The notes below the pieces were generated by a model. That model worked only from the letters and a program-made list of their open reading frames with translations. It made no database searches and had not been told where the DNA came from. 64,000 nt of DNA from Octopus bimaculoides (Eukaryota): NCBI RefSeq assembly GCF_001194135.2, contig NC_068984.1:22455882-22519881 (forward strand). The letters are read 5' to 3'. Made by a program: the position numbers and the translations under genes. Numbering within the stretch: position 1 is the first letter of the stretch; each line of letters opens with the position of its first letter. Positions 14,451-26,839 of the stretch are shown piece after piece.

Positions 14451-15529
14451 AGTAACCACCGCCCTTTTCCATTTTATGTCTTTCCTGTCTCTTATCCCCC
14501 AAATTCTACACTTAACCCTTTCCGAATTATTCTACCCCAACAACATGCAGCTCTCTGGAAATCCTTTCCTCAACAGATACCAACCAACAACAGTCGAAAT
14601 TGAATATCAGTCTTGTTCATACCATACTAGTCTAGAAGAGTCTGTAATATTGTGGCTAATGCTCCTGGTACTCACACTACATCATTAAAAGAATGTCAAC
14701 ATATTTTTGTTTACGTTTTACGATTTTGATTTTTCACTTCTCCTCTCCGTTTCAAAATAAGGCTGTTTTTTGTTTTCTGTTTAACTTAATATTAGTTTTT
14801 ACCTGTTTAGTCTAACGAAAATTATCAGCTCTTTTCGGCATGCTAAGCTTAATACAAACCCATGGTATACTTTTTTCGGTATTCTTTTCTTTCAATCACA
14901 GTAATACGGCAATGTTACTACACCTCAATGAAGTTTACAGTTGAACAGATTGCCTCGAGAATCGCTTATTTATTTATTTAGTTATTCATTTATTTATTTA
15001 TTTATTGAGAGCGTTACTTGTTTTCTATTATTCACCTTTTCGCGAATCGGTATGTTTCTTAGGTGTAATACAAACTAACTCTCATTATGAATATATATAT
15101 ATGTATATATTTCGAAACGAAATAGAATATAATAAAGTTTCTAACAATGCAGAAAGTTTTACAGAAAAAAGAAGTCTGGGAAATGTCCTGGTACACCGAT
15201 TCCGTTCCCTTACTCAAATTCCTCTGAGTCTGAGAAAAGTAACGGAATCGGTGTAACTGGACTGCTTTCTTCTGAGGATAAGACTTTGCCCCTGAAATAT
15301 AAAGCTTTTTGTAAAACTTTCTGCACTGTTAGAATCTTTCTTATTCTCTTATTTTCCCTTTTCTTTTCCTTCTTCAATATTACGATGCTTCAAGCGAATT
15401 ATATATATATACTTAATCATATCAAATGGAAATGGATATTAATAACAATTTTCAGCTCCAAGTGGCCTAGCGTATAAAAGTTTAGTCCAAAGACTATGAA
15501 TTACTTATAAGGTACAGTGTATATTTAAG

Positions 15530-15675
15530 TACATAAGAGGAATCCACTCATGGGATTCCTTCCGCTAGAAAGAACTTATAGGTTCTAGAACCACGAAATT
15601 AGGAATAAAATCTCGAAAGGAACGAAATGAAAAATAAAAACTTTTACCTAAGGAATCCCATGAGTGGATTTCTCT

Positions 15676-15681
<6 letters not shown>
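15530..15681. mobile_element. MITE with about 32-bp terminal inverted repeats
   Basis: Left end tacataagaggaatccactcatgggattcctt. The right end reverse-complements to tacataagagaaatccactcatgggattcctt (1 mismatch). TA at both ends. Confidence 0.8.
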
Positions 15682-15712
<31 letters not shown>

Positions 15713-15779
15713 CGTGTCATGGGTAAGCTATCGCCATTTTGTTTTTGTTTTTCTCGACTACACCACAGTATAGTAATTT

Positions 15780-16501
15780 CAGTTGGGCACCGTCTGTAAG
15801 AGAAAACGGCACCATGATGCAATTCGCTCTGCCAGAAATTTGAAAACGGCATGATGTACTACTTGGCATTCGCGCGGGAAGTTGCAAAACAAGCATTTCA
15901 GTATTTGGGTGTTAATCTGAGGACATGTACCGAGAATAATAAAAATCAAACATCCAGTCAACATCATAGTGTTTGGAGTGATCACAAGTAATGGCAACGT
16001 TACGCCTCCACTCATCTTCCCTCATGGACTCAGACTAAATACAGAGGCCTTCATCAATTGACTGGAGGAGATAGTTCTGTCTTGGATAAAGAGGGTGGCT
16101 GCTGGAAGACTCTGTAACATGCCACACAAGCGGAGGAATCCAGTTATGGCTGTCAGACAAGTTCTCTGACAACATCACCCCTTACATCTGGCTACCTAAC
16201 TGCCCAAACTGCCACGCCCTTGATTATTACGTGTGGGACGCAGTTGAGCAAACAAAAAACTTCTTGTAACAAAGATGAACTGGAGTCAAGGGTTATGGCA
16301 GCATTCCCCAGCTTAAACAAGGAAAGCGTCCACAAGAGTTGCCAGCGATTCCGAAATCGTCTGGATGTCGTGGCTGAAGCCAATGGCGATTTTATGGAAT
16401 AAATTTACTCTTTAGTATTTCAAGATATTTTTATAGAACTTTGGCAAATACACCTGTTAAAATGCTTAATTTACACGACAGTTTATTTGCCGCACTCTGT
16501 A
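15780..16501 (+). mobile_element. Tc1/mariner-superfamily transposase relic with 3' end
   Basis: Reads HPVNIIVFGVITSNGNVTPPLIFPHGLRLNTEA, then WLPNCPNCHALDYYVWDAVE (decayed WPPNSPDxNPLDY), then CNKDELESRVMAAFPSLNKESVHKSCQRFRNRLDVVAEANGDFME*. Ends ...gccgcactctgta next to (TA)n. The 5' TIR was not seen. Confidence 0.85.
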
Positions 16502-16539
16502 TATATATANNNNNNNNNNNNNNNNNNNNNNNNTATATA

Positions 16540-16715
16540 TAGGGAGAGAATTCACAAAAAGAACAAAAGACGAAGACAGGTAGTGTAGACAACAAACAGA
16601 TGTATTAGTTTAATGCTTGGGAAGTGAAAAAGTCTTTGATGTTTCGAGCTTACGCTCTTCCACAGAAAGGAACGCAGAAAGAAACAAGGAGAGAAACAAG
16701 GAGAGAAAAAAATAT
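16540..16715 (-). mobile_element. Short dispersed repeat (copy 1) abutting (TA)n and carrying a hammerhead-like motif
   Basis: Clearly homologous to 32672-32830 (shared acaacaaacagatgtattagtttaa and gctctt..acagaaaggaac). Both copies start directly at a (TA)n tract. Confidence 0.75.
16634..16669 (-). ncRNA. Minimal type-I hammerhead-like motif with variant core CUGUGGA
   Basis: Minus strand: CTTT-CTGTGGA-A-GAGC-GTAA-GCTC-GAAA-CA-TC-AAAG. Stem I is CTTT/AAAG, stem II is GAGC/GCTC, and the putative cleavage triplet is AUC. Confidence 0.5.
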
Positions 16716-17027
16716 ATATATTATATATTATATGTGTATGTAGTGTGTGTCCTAAGCTTTTCAGTCCTGCGATTTATGAGTGGAAGATAAATGCAGTAAA
16801 ATTCTGTCCTCAGTTACTTTGGGTAGGTGTCACGTGAGAGACGTGTGACGTGTGCTTTATCAATAGCATGCTGTGTTGTCGGGTCGTCCGTCGGTCAAAA
16901 ATCACCAGCAACATTCGTAAGTATATAAGTATGTGTATACAAATGTATACACACACATAATGTCATATATTACTCTATACCAACACCGATGTATATATAT
17001 GTGTGTGTGTGGCTTTAGATAGATGGC

Positions 17028-17067
<40 letters not shown>

Positions 17068-20000
17068 GATATTTGTTATATATATATAAGATTTCATAAT
17101 GTATGTCTACCAAATTCACTTACAAACCATTGGTTGGCCCAGAATTATGTCAGATGACATTTGCTCAAGGTATCGCATAGCTGAGCTGAATATGAAACAA
17201 CGTAATCGGAAAACGACCACAGACCTAAACCTGACTCCATTCTTTTATTCTTATATTTCTCGGGAATTTATTTGTAAGTTAACATAATTGTAATAGCTTC
17301 AAGCAAGAAATGAAACTATGCATAGAATTATTCGTGTCACATAATATATAACAGACATTGTTCAATGTAGCCTTGCCATTTTTCAGACCACAAATAAGGG
17401 GATGAGGAAGATTTAGTGGTTATTTCTTGTGCATATATGTATACATGCATATAAGCGCAGTGTCATTTGGTGGGAATTATTACTTTAGACAACTAAATTG
17501 TAAGCATAAAACAAACGATTACATATAGATAAAATCAGATAATTTTCTATTTATTTCTTACAACCAACGCATGAATACAGTAAATTTGTCTCTGGTGATT
17601 CAATATTTATAGCAATTGTATTCTAAACATTAAAATATTCATAAGTTTATGTTTAAAAAATCTATATTTCAGGAAGCAACTTTTCGGTTTTAAAATTATT
17701 ATGACTTATCCCGCTCTAGAATTATTTATCTCACTATAATGATATATTTTGTAATGCGAAACGCGTGTGAGAAAACAACGCTATATTTCAAAAAAGACAT
17801 ATATATTTTCTATTTGGTTTCGTTTCCAAATGAGTTGTATCATTTATGCTATCGTATAAATACTTTTTTTCCTTTTTGGTATTTACTGTATGGATTCCAC
17901 GACATATTACACTTTATTGATGTCTGCTTACTACTTCCTCGTCTGTGGTCAACATATACATTCTGAATTCTGTTTTTGTTTTCTTTTTTTTTTTTACTTT
18001 TTGTTATCTTTCAAACTACGTACTCGACTATACTTTTATTCAGGCTATGAAAGGGGCAATTGGTATTAAATAATACAGCAAACAAGCCGCAGCATTCCCA
18101 TTTACATTGGCCACCGTGCCAATTTCCATACTGAATCGATTCTGATTAGCGAGAAGAAAGGATTACCCTTCCAACCACTACTTATTCAGTAACCAACAGG
18201 AAAAAATAAACTCAGTAACATTAATATCAACAACAACAGCAACAGATTTTCGTTGGACTCCTACTGTTATTCTATCAGATATATTGTTTTTGGTTCGTAT
18301 TTACATTTGTTCTGATGATATGAATCATTGTTGCCTCTCTACCTTATTCAATGCAATACAACTTTTTATACTATTTCTTTTAATATTTAATTTTCATTTA
18401 TTTCAAAAAACAGTTTTATTTTATTGGATTTCGCATAACTTTCTGACTACAAAAGGAGAAAATATTTCTGTAAATATCAACAAAGTACAAAAAAAATAGA
18501 AACAATTCATTCTTCATCTTGAAATAAACTTGAATTAAAAGTACAAATTACATTAAACTTCATTCAGTGATTACCCTCAATACTGAATGTAATTTTGCTG
18601 TTGAGCGTATAGGAATGATGGTGAAAGTGGAGTAAAGAGCGAATAGAAGATGGATCAATAGCTTGGAGTTTTGTTTAGTCTACTCTTCCTCAGTGAAGAA
18701 TTTAGTCCAATAAAAATAAAATCAGTAAAGCAAATGCAAATAATGAATAATAAATCTATAAAAACACATTATGGTTGTATTGTAATTATCATCATCATCT
18801 CATGTCCGCCTGTTTTGTATTCTTCCTTTTTATATTATTCTCCTCGTCTTTTCATTTTCTCTGTTATTCATACAATACGCTGCCAAACAAAGAAAGTTCA
18901 CCCTCCAATTGAACAGGAAGTTCTCTCACATTTACATCCGGTGCAACTCATAAAAGCACAAACAATCCAACGAACGAGCGATCAAACGTGCATACCACGC
19001 GGGCGCTCATGAAATAAGTTTACAAACAAACGAACGAAAATTATATAGTGGCACGTAAAATAATAAAGCAATCATAAAATGAAGTCCTTTTTTTGATATT
19101 TGTCTGCTATACATTGTTATGCACAAAGATTCCAGTTTTCTTTTAAACCAAGATTCCATATCTGTAGCTATTAATCGCAACCAAATAAGCTATAATATGT
19201 TGGAGCTATTTTTGACGAATTATAAAAACAACATTGTAAACTATGTTTACAGGTACGTAATATTCCCAGCAGCCGAGGAGATAAATGTTTGTCTGTTAAA
19301 CATGTGAATTACGAGTTGAACTATCACAGTTATCGCATTTAACTCATATTTCGCGTGACCTAACTGGCTGATAAGATAGAAGTAACTGTATTTTGATCTG
19401 TTAGTGAGGTTTAAGCAATTCCTTCAAGTACCCCCAATATTTGTCTCAACAGCATCTCATGGTAGAATTGTTAAAAATGAAATTTAATGATAGATACCTC
19501 AAAATGTGCATGCCTCTTGATAAAAAGACTTAACTAAGACACAGTGTTTTAGGCATAACATTACGAATTTTTTAATATACTGAGACTACAATTGGTATAA
19601 TCATTGAATCACAAAAGAAAAATTAACTAGAATTAATATGGCGCTATTAAATTTATCAATAAAAAAGAACATAGCGGATAATGGCGTCCAAGTGGAAGAA
19701 AAAACGGAATGGTCAAGGCTATTCTAATTCTCTATATATTACCCGGGGTTAAATAAAATTCAACATGGTCACTTCAACATAGTTCACCACGTTTCATTTT
19801 TCTTATACCTCAGTGTTTAGTCAGTGTAGAGATAATTCTACTGACTACTTCAGACAACACATGATTTCGTTGTAATCTCTTCACGGTAAACAATCTTATT
19901 ACACTTGAAATGTGATACGAGTTCCGCTTACTTCACCCGACGTCGACTCAATTTCATCATCTGCCTCTGGGATTGTAAGTTTCCGGCACAAATCCTTCCA

Positions 20001-20114
20001 ACGCAACTTGAACTGACAAATACTGTGAAAACTGGTATACATCTAAGTGTAATTATATGTAATATATACACGAAGACAGACTGACCGCCAGATAGGCAGG
20101 CAGACAGACATACA

Positions 20115-20117
20115 GGC

Positions 20118-20188
<71 letters not shown>

Positions 20189-20190
20189 CA
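20115..20190. repeat. (GATA)n microsatellite
   Basis: Direct reading. Confidence 0.95.
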
Positions 20191-23100
20191 GACACACATA
20201 CGATCTGTCTCCGAACGAAACACACAGGGAACTATTTATACATTCATTTGAACCCAAATCTGCAAACTTTTGAAATTGCCTTCCTGTCCACACTAACTGC
20301 TGAAGTCGATTATCTACTAGCTTTAAAGCATGAAATTAAATTTATCTTACCAGTCTCAGAAGACCTAGGCAGTTCATACCGTCTTCAGTCCCGCTCGAAC
20401 AAAAGGAAAAGTCTAAAAAGAAACCATTCGATGAAAATCTTCTTAACCAAATACAATACTATTTATGTTGATTGTAAGGACTCACTCATATCATTAAAAA
20501 AAGCACAATGTTTTGTTAGTCATTTGATTTATTCAACAAAAGAAAAAAATCAGTCTTCTCTCATGTGGTGTAGTTTTTGGATATTTTTTGACGAAAGATA
20601 TGATGGAGACTACTTTTCCTGAAGGTTTAACACATATACAATTCATAAAACGTTCCACAAATAGACTAAAGTGAATTAAAATCAAAGATACAATCATGTA
20701 CTTCCTGACGTGAAAATTAATTACTGATGACTTAACGAAAGAAATTTTAATTACTCTTTCATTATTAAATTTCAAAAACGTTATGATTGATAGCGCCCGC
20801 AAACACACTTGCCGGTTATCTAACACTTCCTAAATATAACAAAAGTTATTTCAACACTTGATGTCACATGAAAATTCTAGCAAAAATAATAATTCAAAAT
20901 CTCAGCTAGTTATTTAATAGTAATGTGTTGCCGTAACTAGAGTCCACAAAACAGCTAGGAGTAAGACACGTTCCAAAGCAGTTCATTAATTTTACCAAGT
21001 ATAGTTTGTCTTTTATATGTTGCTAAATACCTAATCTCTATGTCATTTCGACATCTTGAGAAGGAAGATTTTGAGCGTGAGCCTAATTTTATATCGAGAC
21101 CAAATACATATGAATATAATTTTGTATTTTCATTTGTTCATAACCTACGCTCTATTGATTTTCTAGTCAGTTAATAGTAATCATTGGAAACAGTTAATAA
21201 AATTAAAAGCAAACAGAAAGTGTGTAAGGAAATAGAGAGTTAAGCATTGTGCTATCAAAGAACGTAGCTGGTTTACCTGGGCCAACGTTAAGTTAGTTCT
21301 TATTTATTCATTTCAGTCCAGATGCGATAACTGTTTGAGACAGACATTTTCTAGAATTAGGCTATTTACGCATTCATGTATTTGTGCTTGTTTTGTTAGT
21401 CGCTTATTGATATATGTCGCCACTATTATCTATATTTGCATAAATGTATGAGTAAATATGCTAAGATTATTTTCTAATGAAATCGCATGTATTTCAATAT
21501 CTGAATACATACTTTTCTCGTCTAAATTTTTCTATAGATCTATCTATCTATATGTGTGTTGTGTGTGTGTATACGCGTGTGTGCGCGCGCGTATGTGTAT
21601 GTGTGTGTGTGTTTGTATATGCATGTGTGCGTGTATATGTCTATACATATACATATATACACGCACACATGCATATACAAAGAAACATATCTCTCATTAC
21701 TGCTGGATTGCACCCTCACCCCAGATCTTATTGTAATGAAATGTGAAATATATGTTGCTACAACTATTATCTTTAATATCTTGCATTTAACCTGTTAGAC
21801 AGTAGGAAAGAAATCTCGCGTTACTGAATCCAACGTTTTTCGCTAACGCAATGTTACAATATTACAGACAATACATGTGTGTGTGTGGGGGAGGGGGAGG
21901 ATGAACATATCTCAGAAAATATTTGCTCTTGAAGAGAACGTGCAAGATATACATGAACCAGGAGTTAAAACAAAATTTGCTGCGGCATGGTATTTAACGT
22001 GATAGAAACTCACATATAGGCTTTTGAGGCAGAAAGTACGCTTGTTTACTTAGATTGCCATTGGGGAGATAAGTCCCCACAGACTACAGCACCGAGACCA
22101 CCAGATCACATGATTTTGATAGATTCATCGGTGATAGATTCTCGACGACTAGAGATACCAGCGACTCATCTCTCCGCTAGCAATATCTAAAAAATCATTG
22201 CCAGAACTTGCACTGGTGTCACAATTAGCCAGATAGCTTGTTAATATATATATATATATATTAGCATCAGAGGTGGTATGAATACCGTGAGGTAATATTT
22301 ATTCTTACTTACAACCGGATGTTTTGTTAAAACAAACTTTACTGCGGTATTTACCATATATGCTTTTATCACAATCAACAACGCCATCAGTTAACAGTCT
22401 TATACTTCTACGTAAGATCAATATGCTAGAGATCACTGTAGACCTGGTAAAGTCAAGAAGGACTCTAATATTGTTATCTAAATTCCAATAACGAAGCTAT
22501 GTTCCTCTATTAGATATCAGCTCCTTATTTGTAGGAAAAATTGAAAGGAGTAAGAGACATGCATACATGCACACGCACATACATACATACATACACACAA
22601 TAAAAAACGACGTCAGTTCCAGCAAGAATTAAAATATAAACTTAAAGCAACATTACTAATTATTGCAAGACATTTCATCCGGCGTTCTACTAATTATGCC
22701 ATCAACAGCAATTATTGGAAAAATAATTATGATTCATTCCGACAATTCACTCTGTATCTATTAAGATGAGGCGAAAAATAGCGGACTGCATCGATGTCAG
22801 TATATTTTAGAATTATTTCATCGCCCACGTATTGACGAAGAATAATTCGAATATTCTGAGGAGAAAATATGATACGGTAATGTATTAAATGTGATAATTA
22901 ACTCTTTCTAAAACAAAAAAACAAAGACAAAAGAAAAGAAAAAAAAATTATAATTCTATATAATGATCGTGTAACATTTAATAAACAAAGAATATCGATT
23001 GCAGATATTGCATTCGTATATTGCGACTCATGCAAGTAACGTGGAGAGAATTTGAGTCCTGACAACTCAGCCGAGGCCTTCTTCGAGGAAGAACGTTTGG

Positions 23101-23589
23101 AAATGTTGAAAAGGATGTGAGAAGAATAAGAACAATTGGGAGGAGGCGAGGTTGAAGAGGTGCAGTGAATAAATGATAGATGAAAGTTCTATGTGACAAA
23201 GCGAAACAAGAGTGAAAGGAAAATAATTAAAATCTCTTAACGTATAGCATCCAAAAACAACAGCACGTACGTGTGTATACATAATTGCATATGCAAGCGG
23301 GAAGAAAAGTAAAAAGTTAAGCGGATTACGAAACAGGAAGTAGTTAATTTTAGTCGAAGGCTCAACACTCGAGACGCTACTGCAGATTCAAATCCACAGA
23401 TACACACACACATACGCACAGAGATTTATTTCGCGAATCTATAGAGGTAATGGTATTGCTTCCTTTCTTTTTAATCCAAAGTCATGTAATCCAATTGATT
23501 TAATCAAAACTCCCTGAAAGCAGAATCTCATATATTTGAGTTTGGCATACGCAATACATTTGGTTTCTGGTGTACAATTAACATGATTA

Positions 23590-24030
23590 TAACGAAGAAT
23601 GAAGTATGAGAAAAGCACAAGAAATCAGTGGTTTCAGTACTTCAGAACTGTATGGTGGTCTGCTACATCTATTCACTTACAGATTTCTACTTATCAACTC
23701 CCAGCTCATCTATCCCTCTTCTCTTCTCTCCTTCTCTCCTTCTCTCCTCAACCATATCATTCTTCAACCTGCAGATCCTACCCTAAACATTACCTACAAT
23801 CTTTTATTTCCAGAATATCATCCTGCACCCACGCCACTGGAATTCACTCCCTGTCTATGTTATTCCTACAGTCGCCACAGTGATACACTTCAAGATAACT
23901 TCAACGACGTAGAGTTCACAAAGCTTCGATGGCCTACATTTGTCATTTGTACTCCTTCTGTCAAATCAAACCATTTAGAAACTACAGTTTATAGAAACCC
24001 TCAATCCCAAACACCTATCTACTTACACAA
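23590..24030 (+). mobile_element. Penelope-like RT C-terminal fragment
   Basis: The ORF contains NFNDVEFT...VKSNHLETTVYRNPQSQTPIYL, resembling the PLE motif L.T.VYRKPT...YL. Heavily decayed. Confidence 0.45.
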
Positions 24031-24424
24031 AGATAGATGTAATTTTCAGTTCGATTTGCTCCCTTCCTTTCACACAATCATACATGCAATTTATACTTTT
24101 ATTATAAACTTTATTTTTCAGGGTTTCCTGAAATGTTGTATCAGTATGCTCTAACAATACCGTTTCTATTACTGTTCTTGTGTGGAATGTACCTATATCT
24201 AATTTTTTTGTTTGTTTGTTTGTGTTATTTCGTCCCTTAAATTCTGAGATGCATGTTCTTTGACATTTCTTTATAAACTGGGTTAACAAAATACATCGAT
24301 ACATAATATTATATATTCAAGCTGGCTGAATGGTATGAGCGTCGGAATAAACAGCTGGCATTATTTTTCCCTCTGTGACTGATTGAAATGAATGGTTAAT
24401 ATATATTCTGTAACCAAACAGTGA

Positions 24425-24617
24425 GGTAGCAGAGTCATTCGCATTCCGGCCGAAATGCTTAGCAGTCCGTTTTTATGTTCTAAGTTCAAACACCACTGAT
24501 GTCGATCCTGGCCTTTCCGCATAAAAAATATGAGTACTAGGTGAACACTAGGGGCTATATAATCGTCTTAACCCCTCCCCAGAAAAATTGTTGGTCTTGT
24601 ACCAAAATCCGAAAGCA
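24425..24617 (+). mobile_element. Degenerate tRNA-derived SINE (main family of this window)
   Basis: gaaatgcttagc...ttctaagttcaaa...gtcga...taatcgtcttaacccct...ttggtcttgtaccaaaat aligns by eye to the copies at 29.4 and 33.5-34.5 kb. Confidence 0.65.
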
Positions 24618-24944
24618 AAATACATTCTATATTTCTACAGCATAGGGAGAAAAGTTTTGATGAATCCAGTATGTTTGCTCTGACAAACCTTCCCGTAGTT
24701 ATTCAATGGAACACTTCCGCAATGACATATGTAGGAAATTATTTGTAAGCATAAGTTGCAACTCGTGCAAAGCAAAGTGTGATCACGTCTCTGTTATTTT
24801 GTATTATTTCAGTTGATAGAAAACGTAATAACATATAATCGTCAATGAGAATTTGTAAGTGTTCAATATTTTGTTGACGTTTTAATAATGGAATAGAGAT
24901 AGTCTCAACCTGACTTAATATATTCTACTTGTTCAGTCGTATAT

Positions 24945-24947
24945 ATC

Positions 24948-25020
<73 letters not shown>

Positions 25021-25061
25021 GGAGGGATATATATATATGAGTGTGTGTATGTGTATATATA

Positions 25062-25129
<68 letters not shown>

Positions 25130-25260
25130 CATATATATACACACGCACATACATACATGTATATATATATATGTGTATGTATTATGTGTGTATGTGTACG
25201 TATATGTATATGCATATGTATTTATGTGTGTGTATATATGTGTGTGTGTATGTGTATGTA
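24945..25260. repeat. Compound (TA)/(GA)/(GATA)/(TG) microsatellite
   Basis: Direct reading. Confidence 0.95.
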
Positions 25261-25930
25261 GAACAGCTTTCTGATAATTTCTGAAGTATCCGAGAATTTT
25301 ATTCTAATGAATGCTTTAGAAAACTACAGTTAATCTCTAGGTAAATTAATAAACTTAAAATGATGAAAAATGTTGTTGAAAGATATGACAGGAAAGAAAA
25401 ATATTCGTGACATATAACTGAATTAAGTGAAGTGATTCAATATTTGACTTTGTATGATCGTATTAGCAACAGCGACAAAATACGTGCACACACACACGCA
25501 CACACACGCACACACACACACACATAAAATGCACATATACAAGTATGTGTATGTCTATATATACTTAAATAATAACACGTATATCTATACATGTTTCTGA
25601 ATATCTATACATATATAGATCTATTCATTCCACATACATCCCCGACTTCTACATGCTATGTATATATATATATATATATATNNNNNNNNNNNNNNNNNNN
25701 NNNNNNNNNNNNNNNNNNNNNNNNNNNNNNNNNNNNNNNNNNNNNNNNNNNNNNNNNNNNNNNNNNNNNNNNNNNNNNNNNNNNNNNNNNNNNNNNNNNN
25801 NNNNNNNNNNNNNNNNNNNNNNNNNNNNNNNNNNNNNNNNNNNNNNNNNNNNNNNNNNNNNNNNNNNNNNNNNNNNNNNNNNNNNNNNNNNNNNNNNNNN
25901 NNNNNNNNAAAACAGATATGTAAATTAATG

Positions 25931-26100
25931 TAGACTTACCTTGTATTCAGTATTTCGGTGTTATGACTCCGTTTTCAAGAAAATGACGATTGTTGCCGAT
26001 GTGCGCGTGTGTGAGCTCACACACGCGAACAACGGCAACAAGCGTCAATTTCGGGAAAAAAGTGTTATAACCCCGAAATATTGAATACAAGGTAAGTGTA
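25931..26100. mobile_element. 170-bp near-palindromic MITE (foldback)
   Basis: Left acttaccttgtattcagtatttcggtgttatgac versus right reverse-complement acttaccttgtattcaatatttcggggttataac. The centre cgcgtgtgtgagctcacacacgcg is a perfect palindrome. TA at both ends. Confidence 0.85.
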
Positions 26101-26239
26101 CATTGATTCACATATTTGTTTTCTTGTGATCTACCTTGCATTTACTTGCCATTGTTTTGGCCTTACACACGATCCTTTATACAATATACTCTACACAATG
26201 CTTCATAGTAATTACATATATATCTATACATATAACTTT

Positions 26240-26400
26240 GACATCGGCGATTCTTTCTTGTATATTTTCTTGTCTTCGGATTCAGTATTTAGTCATGGCC
26301 AGCTTTATGTGTCCTTAAGTCGGATAAGAAGGGAGGAAGACCTGAAAATTCTTTTAAAGGAAACAAGCAGCCAAAGGATGTCAATTGCGGATAGATTTTT
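26240..26400 (+). mobile_element. Helitron/PIF1-type helicase C-terminal fragment
   Basis: YIFLSSDSVFSHGQLYVSLSRIRREEDLKILL matches the Helitron helicase motif VFSHGQLYVALSRV...LKIL. Isolated fragment. Confidence 0.75.
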
Positions 26401-26792
26401 CACAAAAAAATTAGTAATAAAAGAATTATTAAACCAAAATCTTGGTTTTTTACCTTTTTTATATATAAAATACTACAATTACCCGTCATATAGGAGCAAA
26501 TGTGATAACAAGTAAATTAGGCAAGTCGAATTACACAGAATATTAAATACATTTAATAGAAAAAATGTACATCTGTATGGATATAAAATAGTCCGACTTA
26601 CAGAATATAAATGATATCAGGAGTTAAATGAGTAGAGTTTTACGAGTCCAGCAGCTGATTCTGGGGGCTTGGTGGTCTGGTAAAATGAATAATGATAGTT
26701 ACTTGGATCCATTATCGGATGACACCTCCTCCTTCTTCAGGGGAGAATTTTACATTTGAGGTGTTGACAAGGGGAATATGTGTGTTTATGTG

Positions 26793-26839
<47 letters not shown>

